Origin: Spirochaetia bacterium
GTDB lineage: Bacteria > Spirochaetota > Spirochaetia > DSM-2461
DNA length: 64,000 nucleotides
Direction of reading: 5' to 3'
NCBI GenBank assembly: GCA_963666985.2
Contig: CAXXIA010000001.1
Location: 1,248,001-1,312,000, forward strand
A program made the position numbers and the translations under genes. The notes beneath the pieces are model-generated. The model worked only from the letters and a program-made list of their open reading frames with translations. It ran no database searches and was not told where the DNA came from. Below are positions 48,262-58,432 of the stretch, in pieces. How positions within the stretch are numbered: position 1 is the first letter of the stretch; each line of letters starts with the position of its first letter.

Positions 48262-49196
48262 TGTTTTTGAGCGCCAACGAGCCGTTCGCCATATCGGCTC
48301 TTATTATTCTCCTGGGATATACGCTCAAAAGAGTCGGGATTCTTGAAGAAACGGCCGGCGATTCTTTGGCCAAAATCGCGCTGAATGTTACTTTGCCGGC
48401 CGTTATCCTCACCAATGTTCCCACCTTTCCCATCCGGGGCGGCACAAGCGCGATTCTGCCTCTTTTCGGTCTTGCGGGCACCCTCCTGATGATCTCGACC
48501 GGCTATCTGATGCACCGAAAACGAAACAGAACGGATTTCGGTCTTCAGCAGCTGTCGTTAAGCGGATACAACATCGGACTCTTCGCCGTTCCCATGGTTA
48601 TGGGGCTTTACGGAAATGAGGGCGTAACGAGATTTCTGCTCCTCGACGTAGGGAACGCCTTTGCGGTCTTCGGCATCGGATACTATCTTGCGGCGCTGTA
48701 CTCCCCGTTAAGGAACGGCGATTCGTTCCGGCCGATTCAAATCGTCAAAATGCTTGCAAAATCCATCCCTTTCGTCGCTTATATCATCGCCATCATCATG
48801 AATCTGGCGGGTTGGCGATTCGACGGATTCTTCAGGCATGTTCTCGATGTTCCGGTGGCCATGAATCGGGGCGTTTCGCTCCTGGCCGTCGGCGTATTAT
48901 TACGTTTTCGTCTTCCCAAGGGAACATGGAAATCCATCAAGCCTTCGCTGCTTATCCGGTATGCCGCGGGGATTCTGGGAGGCGCCGCCGCGCTTTTCGC
49001 CCTGCCTCTTCCCCCAGCGGACCGCATTGCCGTCGCCGGTGTGCTCATCATGCCCATCGGTCTTTCAATCATTCCGTTCTCCCTGAAATGGGGATACGAT
49101 CGAAACCGGGCGGCGGACATTCTGAACGTCGAAATCCCCATCAGTTTCATTCTTTTTTGGGCGGTTTGGATGGCGGGCCGGCATCTTCTTCCCTAA
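48261..49196 (+). CDS. AEC (auxin efflux carrier) family transporter
   Basis: About 10 TM helices, ALNVTLPA, G-NIGLFA-P motifs; TGATG overlap with lysC. Confidence 0.8.
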   Translation: MFLSANEPFAISALIILLGYTLKRVGILEETAGDSLAKIALNVTLPAVILTNVPTFPIRGGTSAILPLFGLAGTLLMISTGYLMHRKRNRTDFGLQQLSLSGYNIGLFAVPMVMGLYGNEGVTRFLLLDVGNAFAVFGIGYYLAALYSPLRNGDSFRPIQIVKMLAKSIPFVAYIIAIIMNLAGWRFDGFFRHVLDVPVAMNRGVSLLAVGVLLRFRLPKGTWKSIKPSLLIRYAAGILGGAAALFALPLPPADRIAVAGVLIMPIGLSIIPFSLKWGYDRNRAADILNVEIPISFILFWAVWMAGRHLLP

Positions 49197-49290
49197 AGGG
49201 TCAGAAAGAAAGTTTCGCCTTCGGCGCCGCCCTTCGCCGGCGCGGCAATATCCGATTGCTCCGCCACTCCCCTCGCTCTCCATGGTTTTC

Positions 49291-49538
49291 GGTCTAATTT
49301 GTGAAATCATTGAACGTTGTGACAGGATCGTTCCTGGAACTCCGCCCTGCGGGACGACCCTAGCCGAATCCGTTACCGCTGGCTCGCTACGTTCCTCGCT
49401 CCGCTGCGGTACGCAGCTGTTTACGCTCCCACGAGACATCGTTACACAGCGGTTTGACAACGTCAAATCGCGAGCCCACACAGCGGTTCGATTCCGTCGA
49501 ATCGCGAGCACTTTCTTGCTTTCCTTACAAATCAGACC
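49291..49538. repeat. Third member of the modular hairpin repeat family
   Basis: Bounded by GGTCTAATTTGT...ACAAATCAGACC; shares GGATCGTTCC, CGACCCTA, CGTTCCTC.CT.C..TGCGGTACG and GACATCGT modules with 13280-13416. Confidence 0.75.
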
Positions 49539-50629
49539 TTCTGGTGTGATGTCCCGGTAATTCGATTACACAGGCGGCTGATTTTTTCCAGAATAGAATC
49601 AGCCGTCGCGGTCCATACAAAGGGCTTTGCATTCTCATTCCAGTTCTCCACGAATGTTTCGATCTTTGTGACAAGATCCTTTACGCCGGCGAACGACCCT
49701 CGACGGATCGCTCTATCGGTGATGAGCCCAAACCATCGCTCCACCTGATTGAGCCACGATGAATAGGTTGGAATGAAATGCATGTGGAATCTCTCATGCT
49801 CGGCCAACCATCCTTTCACCTTCGGATGCTTATGGCTTCCGTAGTTGTCCAGAATGATGTACACATCCAGATCCTTTGGTACTTCTCTATCGATTTGCCG
49901 CATGAATGATAGAAATTCCTGATGCCGATGTTTCGCTTTACAGTCGGTAATGACCTTGCCGTTGGCGATATCCAATGCGGCAAAAAGCGTTGTTGTTCCA
50001 TGACGAACATAGTCATGGGTAACACCTTCGACATAACCAAGGTTCAGTGGAAGCATCGGCTGAGTTCGTTCCAGAGCCTGGCATTGGCTTTTCTCGTCGA
50101 CACAAAGAACTACGGCATGTTCCGGCGGATTCAGGTATAGGCCCACGACATCTCTAATCCTCTCAATGAAGAACGGATCTGTCGACAATTTGAAGTGTTT
50201 CCGGCGATGTGGTTGAAGGCCAAAAGTATTCCATACGCGATGGATCGTCGATTTGGACAGACCTGTTTCGGCAGCCATAGTACGGACGCTCCAATGGGTT
50301 GATCCCTCCGGAGTTGTTTCAAGAGTTTTCTTGATGAGTCCTGCAACTTCATCATCAGAGACTGTCCGAGGCTTGCCGGGACGAAGCTCGTCATAGAGAC
50401 CTTCTACGCCTTGGTCCAGATACCGTTTTCGCCACTTGCCAACAGTCACCCGGGTAATCTTCAGGGCATCTGCGATTTGGATATTGGTCATACCATCTGC
50501 TGCCAGGAGAATGATTTTCGCCCTGGTTACTTGCCCATGCGGAAGACTTCGAGAATTCGCAAAGGAGTCGAGTTGGTCTTTCTCTTCCCTGGATAAATCT
50601 ACTTTCGGTGCAATATTACGTGCTGCCAT
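49532..50629 (-). CDS. IS630-family transposase
   Basis: HWS-R--A, VDEK---QAL-R, HDYVRHGT--LFAAL, DNY--HK, PT-SSWLNQVERWF. Confidence 0.95.
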   Translation of the reverse strand: MAARNIAPKVDLSREEKDQLDSFANSRSLPHGQVTRAKIILLAADGMTNIQIADALKITRVTVGKWRKRYLDQGVEGLYDELRPGKPRTVSDDEVAGLIKKTLETTPEGSTHWSVRTMAAETGLSKSTIHRVWNTFGLQPHRRKHFKLSTDPFFIERIRDVVGLYLNPPEHAVVLCVDEKSQCQALERTQPMLPLNLGYVEGVTHDYVRHGTTTLFAALDIANGKVITDCKAKHRHQEFLSFMRQIDREVPKDLDVYIILDNYGSHKHPKVKGWLAEHERFHMHFIPTYSSWLNQVERWFGLITDRAIRRGSFAGVKDLVTKIETFVENWNENAKPFVWTATADSILEKISRLCNRITGTSHQKV

Positions 50630-50713
50630 TTGTGCCCCTCCGGGCACCACAATGACAGCACGCCAAGATTTATAATACTAGTCTTGCGTATGGTTATTAC
50701 CGGGACATCACAC
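49544..50713 (-). mobile_element. IS630-family insertion sequence
   Basis: Terminal inverted repeat GTGTGATGTCCCGGTAAT at both ends; TA on the right flank (50714-50715), TG on the left (49542-49543). Confidence 0.93.
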
Positions 50714-51063
50714 TAGCCGTAAGCTTCCATGAATGACTGCAGAAGGGCTAATCCAAGATAAAGAAGAAGACTCAGCATCGCGGCAAGAGCGGAAAATACA
50801 ATATGATCCAGCAAAAGCCGATTCCTCATCGGTATCGTAACGGCATAGGCGACAGTCGCAAAAACGCCCGAGATGGTACAGAGGGCCAGATTCCATGATT
50901 CCACGGAAAATAAAAAGAGCATCGTTTGATCGGAAAAACCCTGAGCATTCCCTATGACATAGAAATACAGCGTAAGAAGTGAAATGGAAAACAGTAAAAA
51001 AGTGAGTTTTCCGAAGATGCTCGGCAGCCAGATTCTCCGAAAATGAATCCCATAAAGATGCAT
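50713..51063 (-). CDS. Hypothetical membrane protein (3 TM)
   Basis: Three hydrophobic segments; YVIGN-QGF-D motif; its TAG stop is the IS630 target. Confidence 0.65.
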   Translation of the reverse strand: MHLYGIHFRRIWLPSIFGKLTFLLFSISLLTLYFYVIGNAQGFSDQTMLFLFSVESWNLALCTISGVFATVAYAVTIPMRNRLLLDHIVFSALAAMLSLLLYLGLALLQSFMEAYG

Positions 51064-51143
51064 AGCATCATTTTATCCCCGAAAGGCCGATGAGCCAAGG
51101 AACCGGTTGCTATCCCGTGAACGGGAAGACTATCATACTCATA

Positions 51144-52052
51144 ATGAGAAGCGACAACCGCGACGGAATACTGAAACGCCTCAGCCCCTTATCCCCCATT
51201 CCCACGGACATTACGGAAAGCGGGAATCCTCCCGCCGGTATTAAGGCCGTGCTCTTCGATGTTTACGGAACGATCCTAATTTCCGGAAGCGGCGATATCG
51301 GCATCGCGTCGGTACAGCACGGGGCATTCGGGCTCGCCGAACTCCTCAAGTCCTTGGGTTACGGCTCCAATACGGAAATGGCGGCCCGGAGGATTCCCGG
51401 TCTTTTGGAACAATTCATCGCCGAGCGTCACGCGGAACTGCGGGATTCGGGTGTCGATTATCCGGAGGTTGAAATCCGAGATATCTGGCGGCGGATTGTC
51501 GGCACGCTCTGGGATGAAGGCCTTCTTGACGAGAGGAACGCTCACGAACCGATAGACGAGCTTTCCCTGGGATATGAACTTGAGGTTAATCCCGTGTGGT
51601 CCATGCCCGGATTCCCGGATGTCGCCGAGACTCTATCCAAAGCCGGATTCCGTTTGGGAATCGTTTCCAATGCACAATTCTACACGCCTTTAATTCTCGA
51701 AGTGCTCTGTGGAAAATCATTGGCGCAAATGGGTTTTGAAGATCACCTCTGTATTTGGTCTTATAAGGCGGCCCGAGCGAAACCCTCTCCTTTGATGTTT
51801 TCCGATCCAATTACGGAACTGGCGAAAGACGGCATAACACCGGAGCGGATTCTTTACGTCGGAAACGATATGCTTAACGACATCACCGCCGCCGCAAGCG
51901 CCGGATGCCGAACCTGTCTGTTTGCCGGCGACAAGCGGTCATTAAGGCTTCGCGATGGAGATTCCCGTGTTACAATCCGTCCCGATATGACCATTACCCG
52001 CCTTTCAAGTCTGAATATCCTGAGAGAAACTGGAGAATCCAATGGCGAATAA
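51144..52052 (+). CDS. HAD-family hydrolase
   Basis: LFDVYGTI, GIVSNAQFYT, KPSP, YVGNDMLNDI; start codon uncertain. Confidence 0.85.
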   Translation: MRSDNRDGILKRLSPLSPIPTDITESGNPPAGIKAVLFDVYGTILISGSGDIGIASVQHGAFGLAELLKSLGYGSNTEMAARRIPGLLEQFIAERHAELRDSGVDYPEVEIRDIWRRIVGTLWDEGLLDERNAHEPIDELSLGYELEVNPVWSMPGFPDVAETLSKAGFRLGIVSNAQFYTPLILEVLCGKSLAQMGFEDHLCIWSYKAARAKPSPLMFSDPITELAKDGITPERILYVGNDMLNDITAAASAGCRTCLFAGDKRSLRLRDGDSRVTIRPDMTITRLSSLNILRETGESNGE

Positions 52053-52911
52053 AACCGAAACGAATCCCGCTAAGCGTAAAAAACATCGGGGATTGAGATT
52101 TTTTCTGACCTTGCTCATTCTGCTCGGCGCGTGTGGAACGGCTTTCTGGTTCGGTCTTCTCAGCATAGATCTGGAAGAAGGCGAATACGGTGTTGTCTAT
52201 ACGAAACTCAGGGGATACGAGGATCAAGCCGTAAAAAGCGGAGACTTCATCTGGCGATGGGAAGCCCTTATTCCGACAAACCTCACCCTGCATACCTTCA
52301 CTCTCGAACCGCGCGTCGTCGCGCTCAAATCATCGGGAACGCTGCCTTCCGGCGACTACTACAAGGCGCTTTCCGGTGAAAATATCGATTTCGGCTGGGA
52401 AGTCGAAACTCAGGTACGCTACAGACTTAATCCGGAGAAACTTCCCTCTCTTCTGGCAGACGGACGGCTGGATTCCGGACTGGAATCCCTCTATTCCGAA
52501 TATGAATCTCAAGTTATTACCGCTTTAAGACGGATTATGGATGAACAGGCCGGAGGTGATTCCGAGGCCTCGCCGACGGAACGAATCGGCGCCATGGAAA
52601 AAGAACTTACGGCCTTTTTAGAGACTCTTGATCATCCCATGGAGATTCTCGATGTTTCCGTTCTTGATTGGGACTTTCCCGACATGGCCCTCTATACGGA
52701 GATTCGCCGCATGGCCCTGGATTTGATGAAGAACCGGGAGGCGATTATCGCCGCGGTGGAAGACGCCGCCCTGAAGCGGCAGGACGCTCAGGATGCGAAA
52801 ATCACACTGCTTAACCGCTACGGCGAGGTTTTGGACCGCTATCCCATTCTCCTGGATCTTTTTTCGCTGGAAGGCAATCCCGGCGCCTCGCTCCTGCCCG
52901 AAAGGCCTTAG
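52042..52911 (+). CDS. Membrane-anchored protein, possibly SPFH/band-7-like
   Basis: Basic N-terminus, single TM, GEYGVV-TK--GY...G-F-WRWEALIPTN, C-terminal helices. Confidence 0.55.
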   Translation: MANKTETNPAKRKKHRGLRFFLTLLILLGACGTAFWFGLLSIDLEEGEYGVVYTKLRGYEDQAVKSGDFIWRWEALIPTNLTLHTFTLEPRVVALKSSGTLPSGDYYKALSGENIDFGWEVETQVRYRLNPEKLPSLLADGRLDSGLESLYSEYESQVITALRRIMDEQAGGDSEASPTERIGAMEKELTAFLETLDHPMEILDVSVLDWDFPDMALYTEIRRMALDLMKNREAIIAAVEDAALKRQDAQDAKITLLNRYGEVLDRYPILLDLFSLEGNPGASLLPERP

Positions 52912-53032
52912 GAATCCTCAAGCGGGGATCGGTCTTTCTTGCGGCTTTTTAGTCACAATGATGTGAACCGAATGCCCCCACTCGCAAAATCGTAGATTAC
53001 GCTTTTGTGAGACACACAGGAGCAGGCCTCTT

Positions 53033-53653
53033 TCACAAGGACCTGATCATCAGGAGGATTCCGGACTTCACGTCGATCATCGCTTCCTGAGAGGTAAGAC
53101 GATTGCTCAGGCTCACAGCTCCGTCTTCCCATTTCACGTTATCAAGCTTCCAGCGGAGTCCCTCGGAGCTGGCCTTCCAGGGCGCCGATCCGACCGGCGC
53201 GAATGAAACGGCTTCGCCCTCGGAGCCCTCAATACGGATCCGTCCCGAAACGGGACGGATGACTTCCCTGGCCGTATACCAGCAATCGGGAGCCGAAGAT
53301 CCTCCGAATAATCCGAGAAGAGCCAGGGTATGATCGATCCGGCCCTCACCGCCTCCGACAAGCAGCAGAGTCTTTATGCCTCGCGACTTCAGCCAAGCCA
53401 GTCCGATTTCCGTATCGGTATCATCTTTATCCCGCGGATGGATTTCTACGGCATCCGGCGGAAACTCATCCAGAAGAGAAACATCGGAGATGGAATCCAT
53501 ATCTCCGACGACACCATGAGGACGGAGATCCGCGGCCAAGGCCGCGTCAAGACCGGAATCGGCGGCACAGAGTACATCGTCGGGCCTTATAAGGCGCTTT
53601 AAAAACGACGGAGAGGGCCCGGCCCCTCCGATAAACAAGATTCCCCTCGACAC
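53033..53653 (-). CDS. thiN: Thiamine diphosphokinase
   Basis: AADSG, VGD-DS, KD-TDTE, GG--GR-DH, GL-W-L, SN. Confidence 0.92.
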   Translation of the reverse strand: MSRGILFIGGAGPSPSFLKRLIRPDDVLCAADSGLDAALAADLRPHGVVGDMDSISDVSLLDEFPPDAVEIHPRDKDDTDTEIGLAWLKSRGIKTLLLVGGGEGRIDHTLALLGLFGGSSAPDCWYTAREVIRPVSGRIRIEGSEGEAVSFAPVGSAPWKASSEGLRWKLDNVKWEDGAVSLSNRLTSQEAMIDVKSGILLMIRSL

Positions 53654-53722
53654 CTTCGCCCCCCTGTAAAGACCGCTTTGGGGATCATCTTAAATAAAGA
53701 TGAGAAAAAACGCGATAAAAAC

Positions 53723-53749
53723 TAAGATCGCCCCTGATTCAGCCGATGA
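53723..53749 (+). promoter_or_regulatory. Sigma28 (FliA) promoter of flaB
   Basis: TAAG-N15-GCCGATGA versus consensus TAAA-N15-GCCGATAA. Confidence 0.85.
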
Positions 53750-53756
53750 AGAAATA

Positions 53757-53810
53757 GCGGATAAGGATGTCCGCGGAATTTTTCAGACTGATCAACATCA
53801 AGGAGGATGT
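53757..53810 (+). promoter_or_regulatory. Two CsrA-type GGA hairpins in the flaB leader
   Basis: GCGGA-TAAGGATG-TCCGC (53757-53774) and ACATC-AAGGAG-GATGT (53795-53810, covers the Shine-Dalgarno). Confidence 0.75.
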
Positions 53811-53811
53811 C

Positions 53812-54672
53812 ATGATCATCAATCACAACATGAGCGCTATGTTCGCAACGCGTCAGAGTAAAATCAACGACGGCAACACGTTGCACAGCATGGAGAAGCT
53901 TTCATCCGGTTTGCGTATTACCCGTGCGGGCGACGATGCATCCGGTTTAGCCGTATCCGAAAAGATGCGCTCTCAAATCCGTGGCCTTCAGCAGGCCAGC
54001 CGGAACGCCGCTGATGGTGTTTCGTTCATCCAGACCACCGAAGGCTATCTCCAGGAAACCTCCGACATCCTTCAGCGGATTCGCGAATTGGCCATCCAGG
54101 CCTCAAACGGAATTTATTCCTCCGAGGACCGGATGCAGATTCAGGTGGAAGTTTCCCAGTTGGTGGACGAGGTCGACCGGATCGCTTCTCATGCCCAGTT
54201 CAACGGCATGAACATGCTGACCGGCCGCTTTGCCCGTTACACCGGACTGAATTCGGTTACCTCCTCCATGTGGCTCCATATCGGCGCGAACATGGACCAG
54301 AGAGAACGAGTCTACATCGGCACAATGACGGCCGAGGCCCTCAATTTGAAGCAGGTCAGCACGGGAATCATCATCTCCATCTCCACTCCCGAGCAGGCCA
54401 ACCGCAACATCGGCCTTGTCGACGGTGCCCTGAAACAGGTGAACAAACAGCGCGCCGATTTGGGCGCTTATCAGAATCGACTCGAAATGGCCATTAAAGG
54501 CCTCGATGTCGGCGCCGAAAACCTGCAGGCATCGGAAAGTCGAATCCGAGATTTGAACATGGCACAGGAGACTGTCAATCTGACGAAGAATCAGATCCTC
54601 CACCAGGCCTCCAATGCCATGCTCGCTCAGGCCAATCAGTCCCAGCAGATGGTTCTTCAGCTGCTGCAGTAG
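53812..54672 (+). CDS. flaB: Periplasmic flagellar filament core protein FlaB
   Basis: [60 protein letters not shown]. Confidence 0.97.
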   Translation: MIINHNMSAMFATRQSKINDGNTLHSMEKLSSGLRITRAGDDASGLAVSEKMRSQIRGLQQASRNAADGVSFIQTTEGYLQETSDILQRIRELAIQASNGIYSSEDRMQIQVEVSQLVDEVDRIASHAQFNGMNMLTGRFARYTGLNSVTSSMWLHIGANMDQRERVYIGTMTAEALNLKQVSTGIIISISTPEQANRNIGLVDGALKQVNKQRADLGAYQNRLEMAIKGLDVGAENLQASESRIRDLNMAQETVNLTKNQILHQASNAMLAQANQSQQMVLQLLQ

Positions 54673-54703
54673 CCTCGACTCGACAACCAACAAACGGATG
54701 ACT

Positions 54704-54738
54704 GGGGCCGCTTCGAGGAATCGAAGCGGCTCTTTTTT
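54704..54738 (+). terminator. Rho-independent terminator of flaB
   Basis: GGGCCGCTTCGA-GGAA-TCGAAGCGGCTC then T6. Confidence 0.9.
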
Positions 54739-54796
54739 ATTGAACTTATCTCCGACCGGTTGACCCCTTCGGTCCGCTGACGATAGCCTCCATGCT

Positions 54797-56158
54797 ATGA
54801 AACGTCCTCCTATTCCAATTCCGAAAGAACTCAAAAAAGTCGCGGACATCTACGCGGACGCCGGCAAGCAATGCTGGCTGGTCGGCGGGGCTCTCCGTGA
54901 CGGTCTGATGGGACGAAAATCGGAGGACTTCGATATCGCCACCGATGCCGAGCCCGAAGAAACCGTCAAACTCTTCCACAGAACAATCCCCACGGGCATT
55001 AAACACGGTACGGTGACAATCCTTATGGGCTCCCATCAATTCGAAACGACGACATTCCGCACGGACGGAAAATACTCGGACGGACGGCGTCCGGATGAGG
55101 TGAACTATACGGATGATATCCGTGAAGATTTGGCCAGACGCGATTTTACCATAAACGCCATGGCCTGGAACCTTATCGACGGAGGACTTCTTGATCCGCA
55201 CGGCGGGAAAGCCGATCTTTCATCGCGAATCATCCGCGCCATCGGGGTTCCCGACGAACGGTTCAAGGAAGATTCCCTCAGATTGATCAGAGCCTGCCGG
55301 TTTGCCGCACAGCTGAATTTCAGCATTCAAAAAGAAACTCTGGATGCCATGCTCAGAACATTGGACGGTATCCCCTCTCTCTCCGTTGAACGGATTTGGG
55401 AAGAGATGAAAAAAATCTTCGCCTCCCCTCGCCCTTCCAAAGCCTTCAGCCTTTTTCACCGAACCCGAATCCTGCCGCTGATACTCCCGGAATTGGAAAT
55501 CTGCGCCGGTGTGGAGCAGAAAGGGCGGCATCTTTTGGATGTGTTCGATCATTGCCTTATTGCCTGCGATGTGGCGCCGATTGGAAATCTCGCTGTTCGA
55601 ACCGCGGCACTCTTCCACGATATCGGAAAGCCTTTGGTGAAATCCGTCGATGACAAGGATGAAGTTATTTTCCATAAACATGATGAGGCGAGCGCGGAAG
55701 CTGCCGAAAACATCCTGCGCCGTTACAAAACGCCGAATGCCTTCAGAGAACGCGTTGTTCGGCTGGTGCGCCATCATATGTTCCAATACACTTCCGAATG
55801 GACCGACGCGGCGGTTCGGAGGTTCATGTCGCGTGCGGGTCTTGATATTCTTGACGATCTTCTGGCCCTGCGCCTCGCGGATGCCGCGGCCGTCGCTCCG
55901 GGACAAAAGGCTTCAACCGCGCATCTGGCGGAACTCGTTTCCCGCGTCGATGGAATTTTGGAAGCCGAAAGCGCCCTGACGATCGGTGACTTAGCCGTGA
56001 ACGGAAACGATTTAATCCGGGAACTGAATCTTAAACCCGGGCCTCTTCTGGGAACCCTTTTGGATTATCTTTTGGATTGCGTGATTGAAGATCCGTCGGT
56101 CAATAAAAAGGAAAAGCTTCTGGACATGGCCCGCCGCCGGCTTGAGATTCATGTTTGA
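54797..56158 (+). CDS. cca: CCA-adding tRNA nucleotidyltransferase with HD domain
   Basis: VGGALRD, DFDIAT, ETTTFR, DLARRDFTINAMA, ED-LR--R--RF, LFHDIGK. Confidence 0.9.
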   Translation: MKRPPIPIPKELKKVADIYADAGKQCWLVGGALRDGLMGRKSEDFDIATDAEPEETVKLFHRTIPTGIKHGTVTILMGSHQFETTTFRTDGKYSDGRRPDEVNYTDDIREDLARRDFTINAMAWNLIDGGLLDPHGGKADLSSRIIRAIGVPDERFKEDSLRLIRACRFAAQLNFSIQKETLDAMLRTLDGIPSLSVERIWEEMKKIFASPRPSKAFSLFHRTRILPLILPELEICAGVEQKGRHLLDVFDHCLIACDVAPIGNLAVRTAALFHDIGKPLVKSVDDKDEVIFHKHDEASAEAAENILRRYKTPNAFRERVVRLVRHHMFQYTSEWTDAAVRRFMSRAGLDILDDLLALRLADAAAVAPGQKASTAHLAELVSRVDGILEAESALTIGDLAVNGNDLIRELNLKPGPLLGTLLDYLLDCVIEDPSVNKKEKLLDMARRRLEIHV

Positions 56159-56273
56159 CGGTCTTTTAGAACAGGATGCCGGATCTCCGTAAAGCGGGAG
56201 ACGAAAGACCACGATATCACTCGGATCTTTTTGATTTTTCGCGGCCGGAAAACCGGCCATACGACCGGCGGAA

Positions 56274-57308
56274 TTACGGAGGCGTTATGCTCCCGTCGAT
56301 ATCCCACAAATCTTCCCAGGACTGACCGTCTTTCCAAAGAAAAACCTGTCCTTTGATCAGGCGGCATCCTTTGTCGATTCCGGCAAGGGCTTTCATCTCC
56401 TCATCGGAAAAAGGCGGAAGTACGGCGCATTCCAAATTGGTCCTGATGTTCCGCCTCTTCGTGGAAAGAGGGATGGGGACCTGCCCTCTCTGCAGGGCCC
56501 ATTTCACGCAGGCCGCGGCCGGATGAAGGCCGTGCTTTTCGGCGATGTCCACCAGAACGGGATCTTCAATATCCACCGTATCCTCGGGCGTACGGTCCCG
56601 TTCCGGGCGTCCGGGCGAACCGATGGGACTGAAACCGATGGGAACGATGCCGCTGGATCGGACAAAATCAAAGAAATCGGGCTGCTGAAAATGCGGATGG
56701 AGTTCCATTTCATTGCAGGCGGGCTTAATTTCGGCATCTTTGAGAATCAGCTTCAGTTTGGGAATGGTGACATTGCTGGTACCGATATGCCGCACAAGAC
56801 CGGCCTTCACAAGCCGTTCCATCTGATTCCATGTTTTCATGAAGTTTTCATGGATATACGGCCGGGCGTCGGGCTGCCTGACATCCACGCCGCATCCGGG
56901 CGGATGATAGTTGGGGAAAGGCCAATGCACAAGGTATAAATCGAGATAATCGAGTTTCAGATCTTTAAGGCTCCGGGCGCAGGAAAGAAGCACATCGCCT
57001 TTCCCGTGCATATCGTTCCAAACCTTTGAGGTAATCCACACTTCATCCCGGCGAATCACACCGCTCTCGAATACCTCATTGAAAACCCGCCCAATCTCTT
57101 GTTCGTTGCCGTAGACCGACGCACAATCGATATGCCGGTATCCCAGGGCAAGGGCTTCTTTTACCGAAGAAGCAATCTCTTCGGCCGATACATGATCGGA
57201 ACCGAAAGTCCCCAGGCCCACGCAGGGGATTTCGGCTCCGGTATACAGTTTCACCGAGGGAACCAGACGGGGATTGAGTGCATCGGAGGCAATGCTGAAA
57301 TCACTCAT
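56274..57308 (-). CDS. Aldo/keto reductase
   Basis: ATG 57308; [45 protein letters not shown]. Confidence 0.92.
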   Translation of the reverse strand: MSDFSIASDALNPRLVPSVKLYTGAEIPCVGLGTFGSDHVSAEEIASSVKEALALGYRHIDCASVYGNEQEIGRVFNEVFESGVIRRDEVWITSKVWNDMHGKGDVLLSCARSLKDLKLDYLDLYLVHWPFPNYHPPGCGVDVRQPDARPYIHENFMKTWNQMERLVKAGLVRHIGTSNVTIPKLKLILKDAEIKPACNEMELHPHFQQPDFFDFVRSSGIVPIGFSPIGSPGRPERDRTPEDTVDIEDPVLVDIAEKHGLHPAAACVKWALQRGQVPIPLSTKRRNIRTNLECAVLPPFSDEEMKALAGIDKGCRLIKGQVFLWKDGQSWEDLWDIDGSITPP

Positions 57309-58392
57309 CCCGCTGTTTTCCCATTTTGAGTTCTTCGTCGAAAACGACGGCCACTTTTCCGCATTTCCCGCCGGCCATGAGGGCATAAGCTTCATCGGCT
57401 TTTTCAAGAGAGAAGCGATGGGTCACCAGATCTTCGGGATGAAGGCCCCATCGCACGAGCCTCTCCACCAACTCTTCCATTCTCCAGATGTTGGTTACCC
57501 AGCTGCCGTAAATGGTTTTTTGGTCGTGAATAATATCGGGACTGGGCTGAAATTCCACTCTGCCGCCCTCGCCGATAAAACAAATCTTCCCCCATTTCCG
57601 GGCCGCCTGGATACAGGTAAGGCGGGCCTTGTCGTTGGCGCTGCAGTCCACGGCTTTTTCACAGCCCGAACCGCCTGTTAATTCTTTTACCCGGCGAACA
57701 TTGTCCGCGCCGGATTTCAGCACATGCGTGGCCAGCCCCAGCTTCAAAGCCAATTCAAGACGCTCTTCAATCACATCGATGCCGATGAGCGTTTTGGCGC
57801 CCATAGCCTTGGCGAGCATCAAAGCCGCCAGTCCCACGGGACCGATTCCCGTAACCAAAACGGCGTCATTGCCGCAGATTCCGATTTTCTCCAGACCTTC
57901 ATAAACGGTCCCGAAGCCGCAGGCGACTTGCGCGCCGTCGGTATAGGTGAGTTCATCGGGCAACAGCACCAAATCTTTTTCTTCGGCCAAAAGATATTCG
58001 GCCATACCGCCGTCCCGCTGCCATCCGTAAGCCTTGCGGAACTCTTCGCTGGTACAGCTGATCATATACCCCCTGCGGCAGTCGTTGCAGACGCCGCACC
58101 CGGAAATATGATACACAATTACCCTATCGCCCTCTTTGAATCTTCGCATTCCCGGCCCGCAGGATACGATCTGTCCGCAGGGTTCATGCCCCGCAATCAC
58201 GCCCTGATAGCCTTCGGGACCTTTTCCGAGGTGCTCATGATAAATGGCCCTGATATCCGAGCCGCAGATGGTTGAGCTCTTCATTTTAATCAGAACTTCG
58301 CCGTGTCCGGGCGTGGGAATCGCATATTCCCTGAATTCCACCGTACTGTCGCCCGGTAATACCGCCCCGTTCATTTTGCCCGTAATATTCAT
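57301..58392 (-). CDS. Zinc-dependent alcohol/polyol dehydrogenase (YphC-like)
   Basis: [29 protein letters not shown]. Confidence 0.92.
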   Translation of the reverse strand: MNITGKMNGAVLPGDSTVEFREYAIPTPGHGEVLIKMKSSTICGSDIRAIYHEHLGKGPEGYQGVIAGHEPCGQIVSCGPGMRRFKEGDRVIVYHISGCGVCNDCRRGYMISCTSEEFRKAYGWQRDGGMAEYLLAEEKDLVLLPDELTYTDGAQVACGFGTVYEGLEKIGICGNDAVLVTGIGPVGLAALMLAKAMGAKTLIGIDVIEERLELALKLGLATHVLKSGADNVRRVKELTGGSGCEKAVDCSANDKARLTCIQAARKWGKICFIGEGGRVEFQPSPDIIHDQKTIYGSWVTNIWRMEELVERLVRWGLHPEDLVTHRFSLEKADEAYALMAGGKCGKVAVVFDEELKMGKQRDE

Positions 58393-58432
58393 AAACTCTC
58401 CTGTTGACGTACCATTATTTTAACGGCCTAAA

